The notes beneath the pieces were generated by a model. That model made no database searches. It had not been told where the DNA came from and was given only the letters and a program-made list of their open reading frames with translations. A stretch of DNA of 32,000 nt from Horticoccus luteus (GTDB lineage Bacteria > Verrucomicrobiota > Verrucomicrobiia > Opitutales > Opitutaceae): contig NZ_CP080507.1 in the NCBI RefSeq assembly GCF_019464535.1, positions 1,050,001-1,082,000 of the forward strand, read 5' to 3'. Positions 8,020-17,147 of this stretch are shown here, in pieces. Within the stretch, counting starts at the first letter, position 1. Each line of letters begins with the position of its first letter. Both the position numbers and the translations under genes were made by a program.

Positions 8020-9798
8020 ATGTCCGCCGCCAGCCCTACAGACGAAACCACGGTCCAAGGCATCGCCGCTTCGCCCGGCATCGCCTACGGTCAGGCGTTT
8101 CTGTATCTGCAAAGCGACGTGGAGGTGCCGAATTATCAGGTCGATGCGGCGAAACGGCTCGAGGAAGTGGGGCGGTTTGAACGAGGCTTGCTGACGACGC
8201 GCCAGCAGATCGCGAAGATCCAGGCGGAGGTGGCGAAAAATCTCGGTCCAGAGGAGGCGTTGATCTTCGACGCGCACCTGCTCGTGCTCGAGGATCAGGC
8301 GTTGATCGCCGAAACGATCCGCGAGTTCGAGAGCACGCACCTGAACATTGAGACGTGTTTCAACAAAGTTTCGCAGCGTTACGTGCAGGCGTTTTCGGAG
8401 ATCGACGACGAATACCTGCGGGAGCGCGCGGGGGACATCCGCGATGTCGCGCAACGCGTGCTGCAAAACCTGCTCGGCCAGGCGGAGAACAGCCTGAGCC
8501 GGCTCGTCGATCAGCGGATCGTGGTGGCGAATGACATCTCGCCGTCCGATTCAGCGAGCATCGATCGCAGCGCGGCGCTCGCGATCGTGACCGATTCCGG
8601 CAGCCGCACGAGCCATGCGGTGATCGTGGCGCGTTCGATGAAAGTGCCGGCGGTCGTGGGCGTGCGCGATCTCACCACGCGGCTGAAGGCCAACGATTGG
8701 GTGCTCGTGGATGGCTACGACGGGCTCGTGATCCTTAATCCGTCGGAGTCCACGCTGTTTCGTTACGGCAAAATTCAGGCGGCGAAAAAGTCGTTGGAGT
8801 CGCGTTTGCTTGAGGCGAACCGGGAGCCCGCGATCACGCTCGATGGCGAGAAAGTCGCGATCATGGCGAACATCGAGAAGGTGGACGAGATTCGTCTGGT
8901 GCAGGACTACAGCGCGGAAGGCGTGGGCCTGTTTCGCACCGAATATCTCTATTTGAACTCGGCGCGGATGCCGTCGGAGGGCGAACAGTTCGTGGCGTAT
9001 AAAACGGTGGCGGAAGCGCTGGCGCCTCATCCGGTGGTCATTCGCACGCTCGACCTCGGCGGCGACAAGCCGATGGCGAGCAACCCGGCGTTGTTTCCGA
9101 AGGAGAGCAATCCGTTCATGGGGTTTCGGGCGATCCGGTTCTGTCTCGAGAATCCGGGGATTTTCAAGGATCAGCTCCGCGCGATCCTGCTTGCGAGTGC
9201 TTTCGGCAACGTGAAGCTGATGTATCCGATGATCAGCGGCCGCGAGGAACTGGCCCGGGCCAACGCCGTGCTGGCGGAGTGCAAGGCGGAGTTGCGGGCC
9301 AAGGGGCAGGCGTTTGACGAACACATGGCGGTCGGCGCGATGATTGAGATTCCCAGCGCAGCGGTCACGGCCGACGTGCTGGCGCAGGACTGCGATTTTT
9401 TCAGCGTCGGGACGAACGATTTGATTCAATACCTGCTGGCCATCGATCGCGTGAACGACCGCATTGCGCATCTTTACGAGCCCGCGCATCCGGCCGTGAT
9501 TCGCACGCTGAAGCAAATCGTGGACGAGGCGCGCAAACAGAAGATTTCCGTGAGCGTCTGCGGCGAGATGGCGGCGGATCCGGTGTTTGTGCCGTTGTTG
9601 CTCGGGCTCGGGGTCGACTGCCTGAGTATGACGCCGCCCCAAATCCCGGCCGTGAAATACGCGATTCGGTCGATGGCGATGGGTGACGCGCGGCGACTGG
9701 CCGCGGAGGCGTTGCGGATGACCTCGCCGAAGGCGATTTTGGCGATGTGCGAGGATTTCTACCGGTCGCGCACGAACGCCGATCCGGAAGCCGGGTAA
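8020..9798 (+). CDS. ptsI: Phosphoenolpyruvate-protein phosphotransferase (PTS Enzyme I)
   Basis: 592 aa, with the active-site His region TDSGSRTSHAVIVARSMKVPAVVG and a C-terminal PEP-utilising TIM-barrel region (FFSVGTNDLIQY). Confidence 0.92.
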   Translation: MSAASPTDETTVQGIAASPGIAYGQAFLYLQSDVEVPNYQVDAAKRLEEVGRFERGLLTTRQQIAKIQAEVAKNLGPEEALIFDAHLLVLEDQALIAETIREFESTHLNIETCFNKVSQRYVQAFSEIDDEYLRERAGDIRDVAQRVLQNLLGQAENSLSRLVDQRIVVANDISPSDSASIDRSAALAIVTDSGSRTSHAVIVARSMKVPAVVGVRDLTTRLKANDWVLVDGYDGLVILNPSESTLFRYGKIQAAKKSLESRLLEANREPAITLDGEKVAIMANIEKVDEIRLVQDYSAEGVGLFRTEYLYLNSARMPSEGEQFVAYKTVAEALAPHPVVIRTLDLGGDKPMASNPALFPKESNPFMGFRAIRFCLENPGIFKDQLRAILLASAFGNVKLMYPMISGREELARANAVLAECKAELRAKGQAFDEHMAVGAMIEIPSAAVTADVLAQDCDFFSVGTNDLIQYLLAIDRVNDRIAHLYEPAHPAVIRTLKQIVDEARKQKISVSVCGEMAADPVFVPLLLGLGVDCLSMTPPQIPAVKYAIRSMAMGDARRLAAEALRMTSPKAILAMCEDFYRSRTNADPEAG

Positions 9799-9906
9799 AC
9801 ACTCCAAGCCGCAGGCGCCGCCCGCCCGCGCGGGTGAGGCGTCCTTCGGAACAGAGCCGACCTCGCGGGGGTTTGGGCGGGGTGGCGGGCTGGCTCGCGG
9901 GTGCGG

Positions 9907-11130
9907 TTACTTCAACGCGGCGGCGATGCGGGCGAGGGCGGTCTCGACGTTTTCGCGCGAGTTGAAGGCGCTGATGCGCACGTGGCCTTCGCCGCACTTG
10001 CCGAAACCGGCGCCGGGCGTGCAGACGACCTGTGCTTCGTTGAGCAAGCGATCGAAAAATTCCCAAGAGTCGCGGCCGGTGTTGATCCAGATGTAAGGCG
10101 CGTTGTCGCCGCCGATGCAGGCGAAGCCGAGCTTCGTCATCGCGCTGCGGATCAGCTTCGCGTTCTCGAGGTAGAAATTGATGAGGGCGGTGGTCTGCTG
10201 TTGGCCGGCGGCGGTGTAGATGGCGGCGGCGGCTTTTTGGATGGGATAGGCCACGCCATTGAATTTCGTGGTGTGGCGGCGGTTCCAGAGCGCGTGGACG
10301 GAGTGTTCGGCGCCGGCGGCGTCAAAGGCTTTCAGGGCCTTCGGCACGACGGTGTAGGCGCAACGCGTGCCGGTGAAGCCGGCGGTTTTGGAGAAGCTGC
10401 GAAACTCGATGGCTACTTCGTGCGCACCCTCGATTTCGTAGATGCTGTGCGGAATTTCGGGATCGCGAATGTAGGCTTCGTAAGCGGAGTCGAAGAGGAT
10501 GACGGCTTTGTGCTGCTTCGCGTAGGCGACCCAGGCGGCGAGTTGGGCGCGCGTGGCGACAGCGCCGGTGGGATTATTGGGGAAGCACAGGTAGATCAGA
10601 TCCGCCGCACCCGCCGGCACGCTCGGCACGTAGCCGTTGGCGGGCGTGCTTTCGAGATAGGTGATGCCTTGGTAGCGACCGTCGACGTTGGCACCGGTGC
10701 GGCCCGCCATGACGTTGGTATCGACGTAAACGGGGTAAACCGGATCAGGAATCGCGAGACGGAGGTCGGTGGAAAAAATTTCCTGAATGTTGCCGCAGTC
10801 GCATTTGGAGCCGTCGCTCACGAAGATTTCGTCAGCGGCGATGGCGCAGCCGCGGGCGGCGTAATCGTGCTGCGCGATGGCTTCGCGGAGGAACGCGTAG
10901 CCTTGCTCGGGACCGTAGCCCTTGAAGGTGGCGCGCTGGCTCATCTCGTCCGTGGCGGCGTGCAGCGCTTCAATGCAGACGGGCGGCAAGGGCTCGGTCA
11001 CGTCGCCGATGCCGAGCCGGATGACCGGCTTCGACGGATGGGCCGCGACGTAAGTATTCACGCGGCGGGCGATGTCGGCGAAAAGATAGGAAGCCTTCAG
11101 CTTCGTGTAATTCTCGTTGATGCGAATCAT
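9907..11130 (-). CDS. dapL: LL-diaminopimelate aminotransferase
   Basis: The N-terminus [24 protein letters not shown]...[13 protein letters not shown] is characteristic of DapL. The protein looks like a PLP fold-type I aminotransferase ([10 protein letters not shown] Lys motif). ATG at 11130 is preferred over the track's 11214, giving 407 aa. Confidence 0.88.
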   Translation of the reverse strand: MIRINENYTKLKASYLFADIARRVNTYVAAHPSKPVIRLGIGDVTEPLPPVCIEALHAATDEMSQRATFKGYGPEQGYAFLREAIAQHDYAARGCAIAADEIFVSDGSKCDCGNIQEIFSTDLRLAIPDPVYPVYVDTNVMAGRTGANVDGRYQGITYLESTPANGYVPSVPAGAADLIYLCFPNNPTGAVATRAQLAAWVAYAKQHKAVILFDSAYEAYIRDPEIPHSIYEIEGAHEVAIEFRSFSKTAGFTGTRCAYTVVPKALKAFDAAGAEHSVHALWNRRHTTKFNGVAYPIQKAAAAIYTAAGQQQTTALINFYLENAKLIRSAMTKLGFACIGGDNAPYIWINTGRDSWEFFDRLLNEAQVVCTPGAGFGKCGEGHVRISAFNSRENVETALARIAAALK

Positions 11131-11226
11131 GGCGGGCGGAGAAAGGGAGGAACGGATGGAGGGAAACCTTGAAGTGAGCCGGGCGGCTCTGCTTTGTTCA
11201 AGCCCGGCGTTCAAACCCCGCGGCCT
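11131..11226. promoter_or_regulatory. Divergent intergenic region between dapL and panC (promoters inferred)
   Basis: A 96-bp gap lies between divergent start codons. It is called from arrangement only; no motif was recognised. Confidence 0.3.
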
Positions 11227-12072
11227 ATGCAGAAAACCGAAACAGTGGTGCAGTTACGCGACTGCCTCGCTCCTTTTCACACCGCACATAAAATCGTGGC
11301 ACTCGTGCCGACGATGGGCGCGATTCACGGTGGCCACCGGGCGTTGATCGCCGCCGCCCGGGAGCGCGCCGACATCGTGGTGGTGTCGATTTTCGTCAAT
11401 CCGCTGCAGTTTGGGCTCAATGAATTGCCGGCGGCTTATCCGCGTGATCCGGAGGGCGATGAGCGGGCCTGTGCGGAGGCGGGGGTGGACGTGGTGTTCA
11501 CCCCGTCGGTGGCGGAAATTTATCCGCGCGGATTTTCGAGCTACGTGACGGAGGAGGTGGTAAGCCGACCGCTGTGCGGCGTGGCGCGGCCGGCGTATTT
11601 TCGCGGAGTCACCACGGTGACGACAAAATTGTTCAACGTCGTGCAGCCTGCGCTCGCGTTTTACGGGCAGAAAGATCTGCAGCAGGCGGCGGTCGTGCGG
11701 AAGCTGGTCGCGGATCTGGCGTTTGCGGTGGAGATTGTGGTGGTGCCGACTTGGCGAGAACCGGACGGGCTCGCGGCGGGCGTCCGCAATCCGCTGCTCA
11801 CTGCCACCCAACGGCAGGAGGCGCGGGCGATCTACGGTGCTTTGGAAGAGGCGAAGGCGATGGTCGCCAAAGGCGTGCGCAGCCCTGACCGCGTGGTCGC
11901 GGAAGCGACGCATATCCTGAGTCAACATCGGCGAGTGCGCGTGATTTATGTGGCGATCGTCGATCAGGTGACGATGGAAGCAGCGAGGGGTGAAATCATT
12001 CCGGGACGCTCGGTGCTGACGATTGCCGTCTGGATCGATGAGATCCGATTCATCGACAACGTGCTCCTGTGA
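11227..12072 (+). CDS. panC: Pantoate--beta-alanine ligase
   Basis: [15 protein letters not shown] (the PTMGxLHxGH HIGH-type motif) and [11 protein letters not shown] at 11227 is preferred over the upstream alternative start at 11194. Confidence 0.9.
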   Translation: MQKTETVVQLRDCLAPFHTAHKIVALVPTMGAIHGGHRALIAAARERADIVVVSIFVNPLQFGLNELPAAYPRDPEGDERACAEAGVDVVFTPSVAEIYPRGFSSYVTEEVVSRPLCGVARPAYFRGVTTVTTKLFNVVQPALAFYGQKDLQQAAVVRKLVADLAFAVEIVVVPTWREPDGLAAGVRNPLLTATQRQEARAIYGALEEAKAMVAKGVRSPDRVVAEATHILSQHRRVRVIYVAIVDQVTMEAARGEIIPGRSVLTIAVWIDEIRFIDNVLL

Positions 12073-12179
12073 ACAGGCCGCCGGGTGAGGTGCAAACGCC
12101 CCGACATTTTCGTGGTGCTGGTGATAGATTTTGACAGATTTTGGTCGATAATGCGCGAAATGTGACGAGGAATATCGGC

Positions 12180-12953
12180 ATGGCCGCCAATCTTTCTGCT
12201 CCTGAAACGCTTCCGCGTTTGCTTTCGCTTTCCCACCAGCTCGGTCGTGAAGAGCGGCAGCTGGCCATCCTCGGGGAGGGCAACACTTCGGCGCGGCTGA
12301 CGGCCGGCACGTTTCTGGTCAAGGCGAGCGGTTCGAATCTTGGCACGCTCGCAGAGGCTGGAGTGACGGAGTGCCGGTTCGCGGATATCCTTGAGTTGAT
12401 CGATCAGACGGGACTCGGCGACGGAGCGGTCGATGCGGCCTTGCTGGCGGCGCGGGTGAATCCGGACGCGCGCAAGCCCTCGGTCGAAGCGATGTTTCAC
12501 GCGTGGCTGCTCACGTTGCCCGGGGTGAATTTTGTGGGGCACACGCATCCCGTGGCCGTTAACCGCATCCTCTGCACGTCACACGCGCGGGCGTTCGCCG
12601 AGCAGCGGTCGTGTCCGGACGAAATCGTGTGTTGCGGAGCGGCGTCGGTGCTCGTGCCGTATGTCGATCCGGGGCTGAAGCTCGCGGTCGCGATTCGCGC
12701 GGCGGTGCGGGCGTTTGTGGAGCGTTCGGGGCGGGCGCCGCGCGTGGTCTTACTGGAAAATCATGGGCTCATTGCGTTGGGCGGCACGCCGGAAGCGGTC
12801 ATGGCGGCGACACTCATGACGGTGAAGGCGGCCGAGGTTTATTTGGGTGCGGCATTGCTCGGGGGGCCGAACTTCCTATCGTCCGAAACGGTGGAGCGCA
12901 TCGCGGGTCGCCCCGACGAACATTATCGCGAGCAGGCGCTCGGTCTGCGTTAA
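12180..12953 (+). CDS. Class II aldolase/adducin-family protein (stand-alone)
   Basis: GEGNTSARL and FVGHTHPVAVN (metal-binding His cluster). ATG at 12180 is preceded by GAGGA at 12166-12170. The track's TTG at 12141 is a less likely start. Confidence 0.75.
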   Translation: MAANLSAPETLPRLLSLSHQLGREERQLAILGEGNTSARLTAGTFLVKASGSNLGTLAEAGVTECRFADILELIDQTGLGDGAVDAALLAARVNPDARKPSVEAMFHAWLLTLPGVNFVGHTHPVAVNRILCTSHARAFAEQRSCPDEIVCCGAASVLVPYVDPGLKLAVAIRAAVRAFVERSGRAPRVVLLENHGLIALGGTPEAVMAATLMTVKAAEVYLGAALLGGPNFLSSETVERIAGRPDEHYREQALGLR

Positions 12954-12976
12954 TTTATTCTCTCACTTTTCCCCTC

Positions 12977-15169
12977 ATGAAATCGTATCGCTTCGTAAAC
13001 TATCTGTGGGATGACGCCCAAGCGGCGTCGCTCGATCCCGTCGGCCGCCTGGTCTATCGCTCCAACCTGCTGGGCAGCGATCAGCGCATCACCAACACCG
13101 GCGGCGGCAACACGTCGTCGAAGCTCACCGAGAAAGATCCGCTGAGCGGTCAACCGGTCGAAGTGCTGTGGGTGAAGGGCTCCGGGGGCGATCTGCGCAC
13201 GAGCAAGCGCGAGAACTTTTCCTCATTGTATCAACAAAAGCTGATCGACCTGCAGAGTCTCTATGCGGCGCGGGCCGACAAAGGACTGAAGGCTCCGGCG
13301 GAGGACGACATGGTCGGCATGTATACGCATGCGACGTTCAACCTGAACCCGCGCGCCTCGTCGATCGACACGCCGCTGCACAGCTTCATTCCGGCGAAAT
13401 TCGTCGATCACATGCATCCGAATGCGATCATCGCGATCGCGGCGTCGAAGCATTGCGAGAAACTCGCGCAGGAGATTTTCGGCGGCGAGATGGCGTATGT
13501 GAAATGGATGCGGCCGGGCTTCGAACTCGGTCTCGCGATGCAGGAAATCTGCCGGCAAAATCCGAAGGTGAAATCGATCATGATGGGGCAGCACGGCTTC
13601 ATTTCGTGGGCCGATGACGAGAAGGCGTGCTACACCTACACGCTCGACTGCATCGACAAGGCGGCGGCGTTCATCGAGGGAAAATACGAGCAGAAGGGTG
13701 GCGACGCGAAGGCGTTTGGCGGCGCGAAATATCAGACGTTGGAAGAGACGCAGCGGCGCGCGACGCTGGCGGCGATCCTGCCGTGGCTGCGCGGACAGGT
13801 GTCGCAGCAGAAGCGGTTCATCGGCACGATCCAGGACGATGCGAAGATTCTGCGTTTCGTGAATTCGAAGGACGCGGCGCGCCTGGCCGAACTCGGCACG
13901 AGCTGCCCGGATCATTTTCTCCGCACGAAAATCAAGCCGCTCTACGTGGACTGGAATCCGCAGGCGGAGGATCTCGCGGCGCTGAAGAGCAAGCTCGCGA
14001 AGGCGATCGAAGAATATCGGAAGGACTACGCGTCGTATTACAACACGTGCAAACACGCGAACTCGCCCGCGATGCGCGACCCGAATCCGACCGTGGTGCT
14101 CATTCCCGGGCTCGGCATGATCGCGTGGGGCAAAGACAAATCCGAATCGCGGGTGACGGCGGAATTCTACAATTGCGCGGTCGAAGTGATGCGCGGCGCT
14201 GAGGCGATCGATACCTACATCGCGCTGCCGCAGCAGGAGGCGTTCGACATCGAATACTGGCTGCTCGAAGAGGCGAAATTGAAACGCATGCCGGCGGAGA
14301 AGGAACTCGCGCGGCAGGTCGTCGTCGTCGTCGGAGCCGGCTCGGGCATCGGCAAGGAAACGGCGCACCGCATCGCAAAAGACGGCGCGCAAATCGTGAG
14401 CGTCGACATGAAAGCGGACGCGGCGGAAGCGACCGCCAAGGAAATCACCGACAAACTCGGTCAGGGCATCGGCGTGGCCGGCAGCGGCATTTCGGGCTGC
14501 GGTCCGGCGGTGGGTCTCGCGTGCAACGTCACCGATCGCGCGAGTGTGCGCGCCATGCTGGACCAGGTGGCGCTCGCCTATGGCGGCTTCGACTCGATCA
14601 TCGTGACCGCAGGCGTGTTCTGGCCGAGCGATACCACGGGCCACATTCCCGACGACAAGTGGGCGTTTACGTTCAACGTGAACGTGACCGGCAGTTACAT
14701 CGTCGGCGATGAGGCGTTCAAGACGTGGAAAGAGCAGGGGTTGAAGGGGCAGCTCGTTCTCACCACCTCGGCCAATGCGGCGGTGGCGAAGAAGGGGTCG
14801 GTGGCCTACGACACGTCGAAAGCCGCGGCGAATCACCTCGTGCGGGAACTCGCGATCGAACTCGCGCCTCTCGTGCGCGTGAACGGTGTGGCGCCGGCGA
14901 CGGTGGTGCAGGGTTCGGCCATGTTTCCCCGCGACCGCGTGGTCGGTTCGCTCGCGAAATACAACATCGCGTTCACGGAGGACGAGGCGACGGAATCGCT
15001 GGTGAAGAAACTCGCGCAGTTTTACGCGGATCGCACGTTGACGAAGGCCCCGATCACGCCGGCGGATCAGGCGGAGGCGTATTTTCTGCTCGTGAGCCAG
15101 CGCCTGAGCAAGACGACCGGCCAGATCCTCACGGTGGACGGCGGCTTGCACGAAGCGTTTCTGCGCTGA
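12977..15169 (+). CDS. Bifunctional class II aldolase / short-chain dehydrogenase (rhamnulose-1-phosphate aldolase/alcohol dehydrogenase-like)
   Basis: Starts MKSYRFVNYLWDD, typical of this family. The N-terminal aldolase half has NTGGGNTSSK and VDHMHPNA. The C-terminal SDR half has VVVGAGSGIGKETA (Rossmann) and YDTSKAAANHL (catalytic YxxxK). The track ORF from 12611 is an in-frame over-extension into the preceding gene. Confidence 0.88.
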   Translation: MKSYRFVNYLWDDAQAASLDPVGRLVYRSNLLGSDQRITNTGGGNTSSKLTEKDPLSGQPVEVLWVKGSGGDLRTSKRENFSSLYQQKLIDLQSLYAARADKGLKAPAEDDMVGMYTHATFNLNPRASSIDTPLHSFIPAKFVDHMHPNAIIAIAASKHCEKLAQEIFGGEMAYVKWMRPGFELGLAMQEICRQNPKVKSIMMGQHGFISWADDEKACYTYTLDCIDKAAAFIEGKYEQKGGDAKAFGGAKYQTLEETQRRATLAAILPWLRGQVSQQKRFIGTIQDDAKILRFVNSKDAARLAELGTSCPDHFLRTKIKPLYVDWNPQAEDLAALKSKLAKAIEEYRKDYASYYNTCKHANSPAMRDPNPTVVLIPGLGMIAWGKDKSESRVTAEFYNCAVEVMRGAEAIDTYIALPQQEAFDIEYWLLEEAKLKRMPAEKELARQVVVVVGAGSGIGKETAHRIAKDGAQIVSVDMKADAAEATAKEITDKLGQGIGVAGSGISGCGPAVGLACNVTDRASVRAMLDQVALAYGGFDSIIVTAGVFWPSDTTGHIPDDKWAFTFNVNVTGSYIVGDEAFKTWKEQGLKGQLVLTTSANAAVAKKGSVAYDTSKAAANHLVRELAIELAPLVRVNGVAPATVVQGSAMFPRDRVVGSLAKYNIAFTEDEATESLVKKLAQFYADRTLTKAPITPADQAEAYFLLVSQRLSKTTGQILTVDGGLHEAFLR

Positions 15170-15203
15170 GGGCGGGCGGGTTGAAGCACAGCGATAGGAG
15201 CCG

Positions 15204-15246
15204 GGACACGGAGGCATTGCCGGACGGCGTTTCTCTGTGTCCTTTG
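15204..15246 (+). terminator. Possible stem-loop terminator after the aldolase/SDR gene
   Basis: GGACACGGAG (15204-15213) pairs with CTCTGTGTCC (15233-15242), including one G:U, around a 19-nt loop. It is followed only by a short TTTG. The loop is long and the T-tract weak. Confidence 0.3.
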
Positions 15247-15253
15247 TGTCACT

Positions 15254-16174
15254 GTGGTTAACATTTCCTCCATCGGGATCGTCGGCGCGGGAGCGATCGG
15301 CGCTTATTTTGGCGCTAAGCTCGCGCGTGCGGGAGCGGACGTGCGCTTCCTCATGCGCAGCGATCTGGCGGCGGTGCGCGAGCGCGGTTTGAGGATCGAG
15401 GAACCCGCCGGCGCGTTCACGCTTTCGCCGGTGGCCGCGTTTGGCACGACGGCGGAAATGGGGGCGTGCGACCTCGTGATCATCGCGCTGAAGGCGACAG
15501 CGAACGGCGCGCTCGGGGAATTGCTGCCGCCGTTGTTGCATGAGCGGACAACGCTGCTGCCGTTGCAGAATGGGTTGGGGCCGGACGAAGCCATCGCGGC
15601 GCAGTTTGGGCCTCGACGCGTCGTGGGCGGACTTTGTTACGCGGGCATCAATCGCACGGCACCGGGGGTGATCGTTTGCGCCTCTTACGGCACGACGACG
15701 CTGGGGGAGTTTAGCGGCGCGGCAACCGAGCGCACGCGGGCGATCGCCGCGTGGTTTGAGCGAGCGGATTTGAAGCCGAGCGTGGTGGACGATCTGGCCG
15801 AGGCACGGTGGCGGAAGCTCGTTTGGAACGTGCCGTTCAACGGCCTTGCGGTGGTGGCGGACGGAGGCATCACCACCGACTTGATTCTCGCCGATCCGGA
15901 CCTCGTCGCGCGGGCCCGGCGGCTGATGGAGGAAGTGGTCGCAGTGGCCGCGGCGTTGGGCCATGCGATTCCGACAAGTTATATTGACCGGCAGTTTGTG
16001 ACGACCGCGCGGATCGGAGCTTATGCGCCGTCGAGTTTGGTGGATTACCGCGCTGGACGCGCCATCGAGATCGAGGCGATCTGGGGCGAACCGTTGCGGC
16101 GGGCGCGGGCGGCGGGTGTGGCGACACCGGAATTGGCGCAGCTTTACGAGGAGTTGAAACAGTGCGCGGGATGA
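15254..16174 (+). CDS. panE: 2-dehydropantoate 2-reductase family (ketopantoate reductase/ApbA-like) oxidoreductase
   Basis: N-terminal Rossmann IGIVGAGAIGAYFGAKLARAG and a C-terminal ApbA-type helix region (RWRKLVWNVPFN). GTG start. Substrate assignment is uncertain because this family is promiscuous. Confidence 0.7.
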   Translation: MVNISSIGIVGAGAIGAYFGAKLARAGADVRFLMRSDLAAVRERGLRIEEPAGAFTLSPVAAFGTTAEMGACDLVIIALKATANGALGELLPPLLHERTTLLPLQNGLGPDEAIAAQFGPRRVVGGLCYAGINRTAPGVIVCASYGTTTLGEFSGAATERTRAIAAWFERADLKPSVVDDLAEARWRKLVWNVPFNGLAVVADGGITTDLILADPDLVARARRLMEEVVAVAAALGHAIPTSYIDRQFVTTARIGAYAPSSLVDYRAGRAIEIEAIWGEPLRRARAAGVATPELAQLYEELKQCAG

Positions 16175-16250
16175 ACGGCGGAGCGGAGCGCGTGGCCGTT
16201 GCCGGCTCGACAGGGGATGCCCGGTCGTCTGCGCTCGCGTGGGCAACGCG

Positions 16251-17105
16251 ATGAAATACGGAGCGCACATTTATTTGTGGATCGAGCGATGGTCCGACGC
16301 GGAGGTCGGGTTGCTCGCGCGCGCGAAGAGTCTCGGGCTCGACGTGCTGGAGATCGCGGTGGGGTTGGACGTTTCGTTTTCCTCCGATTTGACGCGGCGC
16401 GCGGCGGCGGAGGCAGGGATGCGTTTGATCACGAGTCCGGGCGGCGAGTGGCCGGCGGCGGCGGATTTGTCGGCGGACGATCCGGCGCAGCGGCGGGCGG
16501 CAGTCGAGTTTCACCGGCGGGCGATCGATCAGGCGGCGGAGCTGGGCGCGCTGGCATATGCGGGGGCGATTTACGGACGGCCGGGCACGGTGTTGAAACG
16601 GCGTCCGCCGGCGGACGAATTGCCGCGCACGGCGGAAGGGCTGCGGGTGCTGGCGGATTTCGCGAAGGAGCGCGGCGTGGGGCTCGTGATCGAGCCGATG
16701 AGCCGGTTTCGCACGCATCTGATCAACACGCCGGCGCAGGCGTTGCAGTTGATCGAGCTGGCGGGCGCGCCGGGCAACGTGGGGGTGATGTTCGACACGT
16801 ATCACATGGTGACGGAGCTCCGCGATCCGGCGGCGGCGGTGCGGGCGCTGGGCGACACATTGTGGGGGCTGCACGCGTGCGAGAACGATCGTGGCGTGCC
16901 GGGCGGCGGGCTGATTCCGTGGGCGCCGCTGCTGGCGGCGGTGGGCGAGACGGCGTGCGATTACATCGGCTTAGAAGGCTACAACACGGCGCGCGGCGAT
17001 TTCGGCTGGCGGCGCGGGATGTTTCAGGACGTATGCCCGGACGGCGACGCGTTTGTGCGGGAGGGGCTGGCTTGCTTGCAAACGCAGGTGGTTGACCGGC
17101 AGTAA
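16251..17105 (+). CDS. Sugar phosphate isomerase/epimerase (xylose-isomerase-like TIM barrel; ketose 3-epimerase-like)
   Basis: MKYGAHIYLW..., LVIEPMSRF and MFDTYHM resemble the metal-ligand strands of this fold. ATG at 16251 is preferred over GTG at 16239. Confidence 0.72.
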   Translation: MKYGAHIYLWIERWSDAEVGLLARAKSLGLDVLEIAVGLDVSFSSDLTRRAAAEAGMRLITSPGGEWPAAADLSADDPAQRRAAVEFHRRAIDQAAELGALAYAGAIYGRPGTVLKRRPPADELPRTAEGLRVLADFAKERGVGLVIEPMSRFRTHLINTPAQALQLIELAGAPGNVGVMFDTYHMVTELRDPAAAVRALGDTLWGLHACENDRGVPGGGLIPWAPLLAAVGETACDYIGLEGYNTARGDFGWRRGMFQDVCPDGDAFVREGLACLQTQVVDRQ

Positions 17106-17147
17106 ACCTCGCCTTGCCTGGGAAGGCGGCGTGGCTATGCATGGGCC

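Noticed and set aside
9825-9834. GC palindrome CCCGCGCGGG between convergent ptsI and dapL as a bidirectional terminator
   Set aside because: It is only 10 bp, can form at most a 3-bp stem with a 4-nt loop, and has no flanking T or A tracts.
12131-12151. TTGACA (12131-12136) and GATAAT (12146-12151) as a sigma70-like promoter upstream of the aldolase gene
   Set aside because: The spacing between the hexamers is only 9 bp, far from the 16-18 bp required. Coincidental matches are likely in a locally AT-richer spacer.
12611-12976. Upstream part of the track ORF 12611..15169, overlapping the stand-alone aldolase
   Set aside because: This in-frame extension has a Gly/Arg-rich nonsense-like sequence. 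The family-typical N-terminus MKSYRFVNYLWDD begins at ATG 12977, 24 bp after the preceding stop.
13223-16270. 1,015-aa minus-strand ORF spanning the aldolase/SDR, panE-like and isomerase genes
   Set aside because: It is Arg/His/Pro-rich and low-complexity, with no recognisable motifs. It lies antisense to three plus-strand genes that have strong family signatures. This is a typical stop-poor shadow frame in high-GC DNA.
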